This document shows, piece after piece, positions 8,584-16,658 of a stretch of DNA of 36,845 bases. How positions within the stretch are numbered: the stretch's first letter is position 1; each line of letters starts with the position of its first letter. The notes below the pieces were generated by a model. That model ran no database searches. It saw only the letters and a program-made list of their open reading frames with translations, and was not told where the DNA came from. The DNA is from an uncultured Eubacteriales bacterium (GTDB lineage: Bacteria > Acidobacteriota > Aminicenantia > Aminicenantales > Aminicenantaceae), in assembly GCA_964640835.1 (NCBI GenBank), contig CAZXJE010000001.1:1-36845 (forward strand). The letters run 5' to 3'. Both the position numbers and the translations under genes were made by a program.

Positions 8584-10443
8584 TTATTCCTCGCTGACAG
8601 CTTCACTCGGTGCACTTTCGATGCCATCCACATCCACAATAACTATGAAGTAGCTGAAGCTTTCATCTAAAGCAAGACCACTGTCTCGGTACAGAAAAAC
8701 ATCTGCTCCAACAGAAGAAATTAATATATACTCTGAATCTGGCTGTGACGCTAATTTGCGGTAGATGTCATAACTGCCGACTGTAATCGCATCATTCAAG
8801 GGATTGGATGACCAAGTGATCGAGTTGATTTTTTCTTGATAGAAGAGAAATCTGTTGTAATTGGTTCCGAGCAGGGGATCAAGCGCCGGCCAAATCCAGT
8901 TTTCTGTCACGGCATTTGACGCCTCTTCGCTCTCTTCATCCCATTTAGAGAGGCAGGTCAATCGATAGAAATATTTTTTGTCGGTTGGTAAACCCATATC
9001 CTTGTAACTGAGCGTAGTATGAGGAACCGTAGCGATGGATTCGAACTGGCTGTCTGCCTGCCCATGTTCTTTTCGGTAGATTATGTGCTGAAATTCTGCA
9101 TGCCGTTCATTATCCGGATTCTCATCCCACGTCAGAGAGTTAATTTTCTTTAAAGTTGAAGCATTTAAATGCGTTATCAATTCCAGATTAAGAGGAGAAT
9201 ATATGGGAAAATCATATACCCCTTCTCTCATCTTATAATGGACGCTCCAATGGCCGATACGCTCCAAATAGACGAGGTGGATTCCACCGCCACTGTCACA
9301 AAAGAGATCAGCCCGGGCAGATGTGGAACCGGTTTTAGTGACATTCTGGATGTCCTTCCATTCATTCCCGTCAAATTCTCTGAACATAATTTCCCAATTT
9401 CCAGGAGTGTTGTCATGCCAAGCGACATACACTTTCCCAGTGACTCTATCTGCTGCGATCGTGGGCAGCTCTGAAACTCCTGATGTATTGGAAATATTTT
9501 CAATATTTTGCCAGACTCCGTTTATTCGTTTCCTGAAGAAAACCTCCCAATTCCCTCCTTGTGTTTGCATCCAAACGACATAGACATTTCCCTCATTGTC
9601 ACAGGCAATCTGAGGCTCTGCATCTTTAGTTCCCGTGGGTCCGGATAAGTTCAATACATTTGTCCACGTTGCATTTACTTTTGGAGTTTTATTTTCAACA
9701 AAATATACATTAGAGACACCACCATGACGGCTTCCCCAAACGGCATACATCTTCCCGTTGATGTCCATTGTCGCCTCAGGTCCGTAGTCTCGCCCGGATG
9801 CGTCTCCCACGGCGCCTGCCCCTGTCCATCTATTGCCTTCTCCCCCTTCTTTGTAACGGACATATGTTCTCCAGAACACTGATCCTTCATCTGGCCTGTC
9901 GATATCATCCTGCCAGTGCACGAAATAGTCATTATTCCTTACGTCAACCATAGGAGTCGCAGATACGGAGCCTGCTGCTTGTGTCTTTGAGACATTTTCA
10001 TGGGGGTCCCAGGTTTGTCCCTTCCGCCGTTTACACACAATTTCATAATTCCCATCTGTAACAGCTGTATAAACAATGAATACATTTCCTTTTGTATCAA
10101 GAGTGAGCTCGGGCCAAGCGCCTTCTTTAAGCCGTACTTCAGATTTTGTGATATTCTCTGGAGTTGCCCACTCTCCGGTCTCGTTTGTCGTGAAGCGCAT
10201 CATTCGTCCTTCTTCTTGCTTCCAAATTGCGTAAGCAAAACCCGAATCGTCAGCAGTGACCTTGGGGAAGGCACAGTCAAAATCGCCTTGAGAGATAGCG
10301 ACAGCTTCTGTCCATTCTGAATCATTTGCTTTTGCATAAGAATGATATGTCGCGGATTGTTTCTCAAGGGATCCGTCTGTCCCTGAGGAAATAGCCAAAG
10401 AAAGACAGATTAGAAATATGAATAAAGTTCCAGTTTTTTTCAT
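8584..10443 (-). CDS. Secreted beta-propeller (degenerate BNR/sialidase-like blades) protein with two C-terminal Fn3-like domains; paralog of the 1..1418 gene
   Basis: 619-aa ORF. AAGGAG lies 5 nt upstream of the ATG. Signal peptide: MKKTGTLFIFLICLSLAISSG. Six spaced blade motifs: GNVFIVYTA, DYFVHWQDD, GKMYAVWGS, GNVYVVWMQT, GKVYVAWHDN, GGIHLVYLE. Two repeats of the pattern INS[LI]TW..NP...YR[KR]..G/S...F/Y are consistent with an Fn3-like fold. Confidence 0.85.
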   Translation of the reverse strand: MKKTGTLFIFLICLSLAISSGTDGSLEKQSATYHSYAKANDSEWTEAVAISQGDFDCAFPKVTADDSGFAYAIWKQEEGRMMRFTTNETGEWATPENITKSEVRLKEGAWPELTLDTKGNVFIVYTAVTDGNYEIVCKRRKGQTWDPHENVSKTQAAGSVSATPMVDVRNNDYFVHWQDDIDRPDEGSVFWRTYVRYKEGGEGNRWTGAGAVGDASGRDYGPEATMDINGKMYAVWGSRHGGVSNVYFVENKTPKVNATWTNVLNLSGPTGTKDAEPQIACDNEGNVYVVWMQTQGGNWEVFFRKRINGVWQNIENISNTSGVSELPTIAADRVTGKVYVAWHDNTPGNWEIMFREFDGNEWKDIQNVTKTGSTSARADLFCDSGGGIHLVYLERIGHWSVHYKMREGVYDFPIYSPLNLELITHLNASTLKKINSLTWDENPDNERHAEFQHIIYRKEHGQADSQFESIATVPHTTLSYKDMGLPTDKKYFYRLTCLSKWDEESEEASNAVTENWIWPALDPLLGTNYNRFLFYQEKINSITWSSNPLNDAITVGSYDIYRKLASQPDSEYILISSVGADVFLYRDSGLALDESFSYFIVIVDVDGIESAPSEAVSEE

Positions 10444-10478
10444 ATTAACTCCTTAGCTATTGGTTGAAATAACGACCT

Positions 10479-10506
10479 ATTATACATGAGAAATCAGGAA
10501 TTGCAA
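10479..10506 (-). promoter_or_regulatory. Sigma70-type promoter candidate for the 8584..10443 propeller gene
   Basis: On the minus strand: TTGCAA (10506-10501), 16-nt spacer, TATAAT (10484-10479). This is followed by a ~30-nt leader with AAGGAG. Confidence 0.5.
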
Positions 10507-10627
10507 AGTGAGCAAAGCTGATGACCCTTCATTGTCTTTAAATCTTTTGCCAGCAATACGGCCAGACATAATGTGCTTCACAGTGACTGTTTTTGTGGAA
10601 AAACAAGAGAGAGCTTAAGGCAAAGAA

Positions 10628-11605
10628 TCAGGGCATTTTCTTCGTGATAAATTTCCAGAGGTACTCTTTGGGAATGCCAAGGAATTTACTCCTCCAGATT
10701 CGGTCACACTGGCTACATGTCTTGAGGTCCCCGATATCCTGATGGAGCGCTTTTTCCCGGAGCTGAAGCATTTTTTTATTATTCCAGATTTCCTTGATGG
10801 AGCTATCCCGGACGTTTCCTAAGCTGTAATAGCCGAAAAAATCCTGTGTGCAGGGCAGGACAGATCCATCCCAGAAAATAATCAGCGCATGCCAGAGAAA
10901 AGTGCAGGGGGCGTAATTTTTCTGGTTTCTTTTGCTTTGCACATCCCCTCCCCAGTTGTGAAATTCTTTGATTTCCAACCTGTTTAGCGGAAGTCCTTTG
11001 AATCTGTTGAGAAAATCTTTCCTTTGGGTCTTGTTGGATTTGATCCTGCGGTCAGGAAAATTAATCAACTCTAAAATTGTATAGGGCCTTTTACTTTTTA
11101 GTTTTTTCTTGATCTTTAAAAATTGCAAAATATTGCCTACAGTCTTATCGAAATCCCCATTGACCCGGATGTTCTCGTAGGTGTCTTTATCATATCCATC
11201 GAAGGAAAACGAGAATTGAGTAATTCCGGATTCAATGAGCTTATATGCTTTTTCCTCATCCAGTAGTGTCCCGTTAGTATGGAACTTGACGATCAGATTT
11301 TTATCATGGGCATATTTGGCCATTTTGAAAAAATCTGGATGGATGAGCGATTCTCCTCTATGGAGAAGATGAACATCAAAGGCGAATTCGGATACCTCGT
11401 CAATGACTTTTTTAAAGAGATCAAGTTCCATGAATCCTTTGTCTTCTTTTTTTAAATCCTTGTTCGGACACATCACACATTTCAGGTTACAATGATTTGT
11501 TGGTTCTATCCACAAACGCACTGGCATCTGCTTCAACTCGACCTTTTTTCTCTTGTAGCTCAGGAACAGTCCCAATAGTCTGTGATAATAGTGCAAGTTG
11601 ATCAT
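10628..11605 (-). CDS. Radical SAM protein with a C-terminal SPASM/twitch-type auxiliary-cluster domain
   Basis: 325-aa ORF. Cluster motif: EPTNHCNLKCVMCPN (CxxxCxxC). C-terminal CTFLWHALIIFWDGSVLPC matches C-x12-G-x4-C. A single CSQC follows, so only 4 Cys are present. This makes it twitch-like rather than a full 7-Cys SPASM domain. Confidence 0.88.
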   Translation of the reverse strand: MINLHYYHRLLGLFLSYKRKKVELKQMPVRLWIEPTNHCNLKCVMCPNKDLKKEDKGFMELDLFKKVIDEVSEFAFDVHLLHRGESLIHPDFFKMAKYAHDKNLIVKFHTNGTLLDEEKAYKLIESGITQFSFSFDGYDKDTYENIRVNGDFDKTVGNILQFLKIKKKLKSKRPYTILELINFPDRRIKSNKTQRKDFLNRFKGLPLNRLEIKEFHNWGGDVQSKRNQKNYAPCTFLWHALIIFWDGSVLPCTQDFFGYYSLGNVRDSSIKEIWNNKKMLQLREKALHQDIGDLKTCSQCDRIWRSKFLGIPKEYLWKFITKKMP

Positions 11606-11638
11606 GATAACAGGATTCTTATAGCATTATTGCAGGAA

Positions 11639-12457
11639 TCAATCAATAGAGGGTGAAGATGCCTTTAATGTTTCAAATAGAGATCGGAAACGGTTTATGT
11701 CCACCTGTTCTGGCCTGATCATTTTTTCCAATTCAAGACTTTGAAAAACACCATCCAAACGGGCGCGGCTGTGCCCACCCAGGGTAAGGTTATTGAATAG
11801 AGTTTTTCTTCTGCTCTGGAATGAAATCTTCAAGAAACGGTGGAACTCTCGCTCGTCCTTAAGAGGATAAAGCGGTTTTTCTCTTTTCTTAAGAGAAATC
11901 AGAGTTGATCTCACCTTTGGTGGTGGAGTGAAAGAATTGGGGCCGACTTGCGTGCAGATTTGTGTCTCGAAAACATTCTGGAAAAGGATCGTAATTGGAG
12001 CGAATTTCTTAGATCCCGGCAAAGAGCAAATTCTCTCCGCAACTTCTTTTTGAAGGAGGAAAATACAAACCGAAAAGAGATTTTTATATTCATAGATTTT
12101 GAACAAAATGGGTGAAGATATGGAGTATGGAAGATTCCCCACAATTTTCACAATTCCCTGAGATGAATTTTCTTTTTTGATGAGTTCTCTGAAATTAACA
12201 TAAAGTACATTTTCCTCAAGAATGAGGAGATTCGGGATGTTTTTTTCCCTTATGAAAGAAGCGAGCTCCCTGTCCCTTTCGATGGCCACAACCTTGCCTG
12301 CCCTTTCGGTAAGCGGGAAAGTCAAAGCGCCTTTCCCTGCGCCGATTTCGATAATGAAATCCTGACCTTGGGGAGAGATGCAGTCGATGATTTTCCTCAA
12401 TACATAAGGATTTTTCAGAAAATGTTGGCCTAAAGCTTTTTTCTTTCTTGATGTCAT
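11639..12457 (-). CDS. rsmA: 16S rRNA (adenine1518/1519-N6)-dimethyltransferase
   Basis: 272-aa ORF with hallmark KsgA/RsmA motifs: LGQHFL, EIGAGKGALT (SAM motif I), VGNLPYSISSPILFK. Confidence 0.93.
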   Translation of the reverse strand: MTSRKKKALGQHFLKNPYVLRKIIDCISPQGQDFIIEIGAGKGALTFPLTERAGKVVAIERDRELASFIREKNIPNLLILEENVLYVNFRELIKKENSSQGIVKIVGNLPYSISSPILFKIYEYKNLFSVCIFLLQKEVAERICSLPGSKKFAPITILFQNVFETQICTQVGPNSFTPPPKVRSTLISLKKREKPLYPLKDEREFHRFLKISFQSRRKTLFNNLTLGGHSRARLDGVFQSLELEKMIRPEQVDINRFRSLFETLKASSPSID

Positions 12458-12625
12458 GTTATTAAAAATGCCACAGATCCGAGTGAGAAACAGTAAATCT
12501 CTTCCTTATTGTATAGGTTTTGCTGCGTAATATATAGAGGAAACATGACTCACAAGGACAAGGCTGATCCTGTAGGCAATCCTACTTTCAATTTCATCCC
12601 TTCGTTTTGGGGATTATCCTTATCC

Positions 12626-12655
12626 TTGACAAGAGCCATCGATTTTATATAATAT
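12626..12655 (+). promoter_or_regulatory. Sigma70-type promoter candidate for the cysteine desulfurase operon
   Basis: TTGACA (12626-12631). Either an 18-nt spacer + TAATAT (12650-12655), or a 17-nt spacer + ATAATA. It lies inside the track's 12607-start N-terminal extension, which argues for the 12748 start. Confidence 0.45.
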
Positions 12656-12747
12656 ATAGGAAATATAATAAAAGAAAAAGAAAGTATCCCCTGAAAGAGC
12701 AACTCTATGTTCACCAAAAGTCAAAATCAACAGAAAGAAGGGCCGCC

Positions 12748-13971
12748 ATGCCGTTTGATGTCAACCAATTGAGGATGGATTTTCCGTCGCTGCAGAAGCT
12801 TCATAATAATAAGCCCATTATCTATTTCGATAACGCCTGTATGACCTTGAAGCCAAGGCAGGTCACGGATGCCATCATCGACTACTACCATAATTTCCCA
12901 GGATGTCACGGCAGAACGAACCATCTTTTTGGCGTAGAAACTACGAAGAAAATCGGAGAATCCCGGCGAAAAGTCCAGAGATTTTTCAATGCTTCATCCA
13001 AGGAAGAAATCATTTTTGTCCGCAACAGTACCGAAGCCCTCAACCTCCTCGCCAACACCATCGATTTCAAACCGGCCGATATCATTGTTTCCTCTGATAT
13101 CGAGCATAATTCCAACCTGAGGCCCTGGCAGATAATGGAGCGGAAAAAGGATATTAGCCGAGTCATTATACCGACCAACGAAGATACCACATTCAACCTA
13201 GAGAAATACAAGGAGACTATGTCCTCCAAGGTGAGGTTAGTCACAGTGCTTGCCACTTCGAACTTGACTGGAGTGTCTTTTCCCCTGGAAGAAATTATCC
13301 AACACGCCCACAAACATGGCGCCCTCGTCTGTATTGACGCTGCCCAAAGCAGCCTTTACCAACCCTTTGATGTTCAAAAGATGGATATTGATTTTTTGGT
13401 CGCCTCCATCCACAAAATGTGGGGGCCAACGGGATTGGGTATCCTGTATGGTAAAAAGAAGCTTCTGAACCAGCTTCCTCAGTTTCTGACTGGTGGGGAG
13501 ACAGTCGAGGACACGACCTACACCGGCGCTACTGTTGCTCAACTCCCAGATAAGTTTGAGGCTGGACTCCAGAATTACGCTGGAATTATCGGCGCTGGCG
13601 CAACAATCGACTACATCAGAGACATTGGACAGAAGAATATCTATGCACACATGCTTGAACTGAATTCCTACGCTTCGTCACAACTTTCCGAGATTGATGG
13701 CGTGAGGTTTCTCGGTCCGGAAAATCCAAAGCTTCGTTCTGGTGTTACAAACCTCCTGATGGACGGGATCAGTGCTGGAGATGTGTCCCGCATCCTGAAC
13801 GAATCGGAAAATATCATGACTCGCTTTGGGAAACATTGTGTCCATTCCTGGTATAACAGCCGGAAGCTTCCCGAATCGCTGAGAATTTCCTTCAGCGCCT
13901 ACAACACTTTTGATGAAATCGATGTAATGACAAAATCTTTAAATAACATTCTGAAATTCTTCAGGCACTAA
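12748..13971 (+). CDS. Cysteine desulfurase, class V aminotransferase, group II (SufS/CsdA-like)
   Basis: The ORF track gives 12607..13971. The first 47 codons are a Lys/Arg-rich low-complexity stretch that overlaps the promoter. ATG 12748 has AAGAAGG 6-8 nt upstream. PLP-lysine motif: SIHKMWGPTGLGILYG. Active-site motif: TRFGKHCVHSW (RxGxHC). Confidence 0.9.
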   Translation: MPFDVNQLRMDFPSLQKLHNNKPIIYFDNACMTLKPRQVTDAIIDYYHNFPGCHGRTNHLFGVETTKKIGESRRKVQRFFNASSKEEIIFVRNSTEALNLLANTIDFKPADIIVSSDIEHNSNLRPWQIMERKKDISRVIIPTNEDTTFNLEKYKETMSSKVRLVTVLATSNLTGVSFPLEEIIQHAHKHGALVCIDAAQSSLYQPFDVQKMDIDFLVASIHKMWGPTGLGILYGKKKLLNQLPQFLTGGETVEDTTYTGATVAQLPDKFEAGLQNYAGIIGAGATIDYIRDIGQKNIYAHMLELNSYASSQLSEIDGVRFLGPENPKLRSGVTNLLMDGISAGDVSRILNESENIMTRFGKHCVHSWYNSRKLPESLRISFSAYNTFDEIDVMTKSLNNILKFFRH

Positions 13972-13989
13972 TGGAGAGTAAAAGCAAAA

Positions 13990-14367
13990 ATGGCCTGCTG
14001 TGCACTTAAAAAACAAAAAAAACAACTCATGATCCTGCCTGTTTTCCTTTTTCTTCTGAGCATTATCTTTGGTGGCTCGATCATTCTTTTCCTTTCTTTG
14101 GGTGGCTTATTCTCTCGTAGACTGACTGAGAAAAGAGACAGAGTTTGGGATTTGCTCCAAGAGCTTCTCAGAGGCCTAAAGACCAAAATTCTAGGCCAGC
14201 CTTTTCTCTTCGATTCCAGCCTTCGCTGCAAGATCAGCGGAAAGATGATGCGGCGTTCCACGCTGTTAGCCGGAGCCGTCTATAGATATTTCAACCTGAT
14301 CGTTCTGGCTATTCTTATATTTTCTCTCTTCAGCTTAGTCCAGGGTGCAAGAGCTCTGGGAATCTAA
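13990..14367 (+). CDS. Small hypothetical membrane protein (two predicted TM helices)
   Basis: 125-aa ORF that fills the gap between the desulfurase and PP-loop genes on the same strand. Hydrophobic segments: ILPVFLFLLSIIFGGSIILFLSLGG and YFNLIVLAILIFSLFSLV. I recognise no family. The start is uncertain; an alternative ATG lies at 14029. Confidence 0.45.
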   Translation: MACCALKKQKKQLMILPVFLFLLSIIFGGSIILFLSLGGLFSRRLTEKRDRVWDLLQELLRGLKTKILGQPFLFDSSLRCKISGKMMRRSTLLAGAVYRYFNLIVLAILIFSLFSLVQGARALGI

Positions 14368-14418
14368 AAACATTTTTTCGACAAAAAATCTGCTATACTG
14401 TTTTTTCTGGAGACAACA

Positions 14419-15228
14419 ATGAAAAAAGAAATTATCGTAGAGTTTTCTGGAGGAATTGACTCTCTCTATGCCGCTCATTTTCTGATAAAGGAATACGAAA
14501 GGGTACACCTTCTCACCTTCAATAAAGGTTATATGCATTTTGGTCTGAAGACCAACCGGACCAATGTCGATCTATTAAAAAAGTTGCATGGAGAGGACAG
14601 GTTCGTGTATGAGATCATCAATATTAGAGATATTTTTAAAGAGATGGCCGTAAAAAGCTTTAAGGAGACAAGTAAGAATTATGGAAACGAAGTTGCCTGG
14701 TGTGTCCCATGTCGGGCGTCTATGGCAATCGGTAGCATCATTTACGCCCTTGAAAATGAGATCTCTGAATTTACGGACGGCGCCAACTGGGAGCAGGCTC
14801 CCGACGGAGAAAAACTCCTTGTGACGGCCGACAACTATCCGGAGTTCTTAGAGTCTGTTAAGAATTTCGCGAAGGAATACAATGTCCATTATCTTCCTGT
14901 CCTCTACGACTTGAACACCCGGCAAGAGCGGAGGGATGAACTCGTGAAGCTTGGAGCCAAAATCGACTTCAACAGCATGGACAGGAAGAAAAAATCCCTC
15001 TTAGACGTGTTCGACCGTGATTTTTACAGCAGAGTGCAGCCCATCTGTTTATCTGGTTACATCGTGCACTGGAAAAGAAACTTCTTCAATGTCAAGGAGG
15101 ATGTCACTCCCGAAAAGGTGATCAAATCCATCAAGCCGAAACTCGATGTAGTGGGAAAAAAAGTCATAGAGACGTACTTCGAGGAAAAGAGATTAAATCT
15201 CGAGGATATCCTCAGCAGGCGCAACTAA
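14419..15228 (+). CDS. PP-loop ATP pyrophosphatase superfamily protein (adenine nucleotide alpha-hydrolase fold), subfamily unassigned
   Basis: 269-aa ORF. GGAGA lies 6 nt upstream of the ATG. N-terminal PP-loop: IIVEFSGGIDSLYAA (SGGxDS). A CVPC pair is present (AWCVPCRASM). Confidence 0.8.
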   Translation: MKKEIIVEFSGGIDSLYAAHFLIKEYERVHLLTFNKGYMHFGLKTNRTNVDLLKKLHGEDRFVYEIINIRDIFKEMAVKSFKETSKNYGNEVAWCVPCRASMAIGSIIYALENEISEFTDGANWEQAPDGEKLLVTADNYPEFLESVKNFAKEYNVHYLPVLYDLNTRQERRDELVKLGAKIDFNSMDRKKKSLLDVFDRDFYSRVQPICLSGYIVHWKRNFFNVKEDVTPEKVIKSIKPKLDVVGKKVIETYFEEKRLNLEDILSRRN

Positions 15229-15475
15229 CTTTTCAGGCTAATGAATCTCTTCCCTCTTCATCCCCACACGCGCCTCCCTTTCTCTATTCTGTTTGGGGAC
15301 CTCTACTCTCTCCTAGCACGCCTTCGTTTTTTCCCTTTGTCTGCAGCTAGCTGGCCAATGCTATGGGATTCGAAATCGACGCCAGAGGAGAACCAATTCT
15401 GGCTGTATGATTGAGATTGTCGAACTTGCCGACGCCTTGTTTGCACAAAAGAGAAGGATCTTCACCTTTGTCAAG

Positions 15476-15504
15476 TTGAAACCCGCTGGTGCATTGATTA
15501 CAAT
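15476..15504 (+). promoter_or_regulatory. Sigma70-type promoter candidate, PD40 gene copy 1
   Basis: TTGAAA (15476-15481), 17-nt spacer, TACAAT (15499-15504). GAGGA lies 5 nt before ATG 15521. Confidence 0.5.
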
Positions 15505-15520
15505 AGCTACGAGGATCGAG

Positions 15521-16486
15521 ATGATAAAGAGACTATTATTCGTATTGATTTGTTTGTATTCTGTTTTACTTGTGTTTTGCCAATCACAGAATAACAATCC
15601 GCCTCCAGAGCAGAATATAGCAGGATTTCAGGACTATGTTCCCGAGGTGGAATTCAGAGGAAAAATTATCTTCCAATCGGATATGGATGGAGACCATGAG
15701 ATTTACCTCTTGACTAAGAAAGGTTTGAAAAAGCTGACGGATAATGAATGGAATGATGAAAACCCGAAATGGTCGCCAGATGGGGAAAAGATAGGATTCA
15801 CGGCCAATCCAGGGGGGAAGTACGAAATTTTTGTGATGAATGCAGACGGCACAGATCTGACTCAACTCACAACACATGTGCGGAATCCCATCGGCCATAC
15901 AGGGCATAACTGGCATCCGGATGGGAAGAGGATTGCTTATTCGATCGAACGCAGGCGGGGGATCCGGAAGAGCCACAGAATGGAAATGGTGGATATCCAC
16001 TCGAAGATCATTGAGGAATTTGCTCCTGAGTTAAAGGGGAAAACCGCGATTCCTGATTTTTCGCCGATCGAGCCATTGGTAGGCGTTACGTCCAAGGGTA
16101 CAATTGGCTGGGAAGTCGCTGTCTATCATCTCCAGACTAAAGAGCTCTCCTTTCTTACAGAGGGAGGAAAAAGCTGTCGCCCGCATTTTTCCTGGGATGG
16201 GAAAAAGATCGCATTTGTCTCAGCAGAAGCAGACGGGAAAGGAGATATCTGGTTAATGAATCCGGATGGAAGCGAAAAAACCAGATTGACCCATAGGGAT
16301 GAGTACCATGATTATTTTCCCGCTTGGTCGCCTGATGACATGTTCGTCGTATTCAGCTCAACGCTCAGCTATAAGAAAAAATTGAAAGGGGACTGGGCCC
16401 TTTTTCTAACCAAGGTAGATGACAAAAAAACCACTCTTTTGCTGGACACTCCTGGAGGGGATCTGTTTCCGGATTGGCACAAGTAA
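15521..16486 (+). CDS. Periplasmic PD40/TolB-like beta-propeller repeat protein with signal peptide (copy 1)
   Basis: The ORF track gives 15407..16486. That extension overlaps the promoter, so I prefer ATG 15521. N-terminus: MIKRLLFVLICLYSVLLVFCQSQ (signal peptide with a lipobox-like LVFC). PD40-type repeats: NPKWSPDGEKIGFTANPGGKYEIFVMNADGTDLTQLT, HFSWDGKKIAFVS..GDIWLMNPDGSEKTRLT, PAWSPDD. Confidence 0.85.
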   Translation: MIKRLLFVLICLYSVLLVFCQSQNNNPPPEQNIAGFQDYVPEVEFRGKIIFQSDMDGDHEIYLLTKKGLKKLTDNEWNDENPKWSPDGEKIGFTANPGGKYEIFVMNADGTDLTQLTTHVRNPIGHTGHNWHPDGKRIAYSIERRRGIRKSHRMEMVDIHSKIIEEFAPELKGKTAIPDFSPIEPLVGVTSKGTIGWEVAVYHLQTKELSFLTEGGKSCRPHFSWDGKKIAFVSAEADGKGDIWLMNPDGSEKTRLTHRDEYHDYFPAWSPDDMFVVFSSTLSYKKKLKGDWALFLTKVDDKKTTLLLDTPGGDLFPDWHK

Positions 16487-16613
16487 TTTTTTCTCTTGAA
16501 AGCCTTCATTAGAACGGGCAGGATTTGGTTAGTGTAACACAGAGGAGACATCACTCGGGCTGGTCTGGCTGACACCACTGGTAATTCTGCCTGGGATTAA
16601 GTTCCTTGTCCAG

Positions 16614-16642
16614 TTGAAAGCCGCTGGGGCATTATTTAAAAT
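16614..16642 (+). promoter_or_regulatory. Sigma70-type promoter candidate, PD40 gene copy 2 (duplicated with the gene)
   Basis: TTGAAA (16614-16619), 17-nt spacer, TAAAAT (16637-16642). It is positionally homologous to the copy 1 promoter. Confidence 0.5.
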
Positions 16643-16658
16643 AGCAACAAGGATGAAG

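Noticed and set aside
8584-10443. Apparent excess of N-x-S/T sequons in both propeller paralogs, considered as evidence for N-linked glycosylation by the neighbouring GT-Cs. By my count there are about 12 in the 619-aa protein and about 11 in the 472 visible codons of the other, for example ENVSKT, ENISNTS, QNVTKT, RNVSNTS.
   Set aside because: The sequons sit at equivalent positions of successive blades, so they look like a structural repeat signature. None of the three GT-Cs shows an STT3/PglB-type WWDxG motif, and the acidic residue is at -1 rather than the -2 required by bacterial PglB. I kept only the weaker idea that these proteins might be partners or acceptors.
10480-10569. 29-aa minus-strand ORF (MSGRIAGKRFKDNEGSSALLTLQFLISHV) just downstream of the SPASM/twitch rSAM, considered as a RiPP precursor
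   Set aside because: It has no Shine-Dalgarno sequence and no Cys or Gly-rich core. It overlaps the strong TTGCAA-N16-TATAAT promoter of the next gene, so the open frame is most simply explained by chance.
10628-11605. The SPASM-type rSAM as the anaerobic sulfatase-maturating enzyme for the sulfatase-fold protein at 19205..21925
   Set aside because: The sulfatase-fold protein has S-W-T-L-P-A-H instead of the C/S-x-P-x-R target motif. The rSAM has only a truncated (4-Cys) auxiliary domain and is shorter than typical anSMEs.
12607-12747. 47-codon N-terminal extension of the cysteine desulfurase (the track start at 12607)
   Set aside because: The extension is Lys/Arg/Tyr-rich low complexity and contains a good TTGACA-N17/18-TAATAT promoter. 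ATG 12748 has a purine-rich ribosome-binding site and yields a typical ~407-aa SufS-length protein.
13968-14261. 97-aa minus-strand ORF overlapping the small membrane-protein gene
   Set aside because: It is antisense to the operon direction and Arg/Lys-rich low complexity. The plus-strand ORF has two clean TM helices and fits the sufS -> PP-loop gene spacing. Neither ORF is strongly supported.
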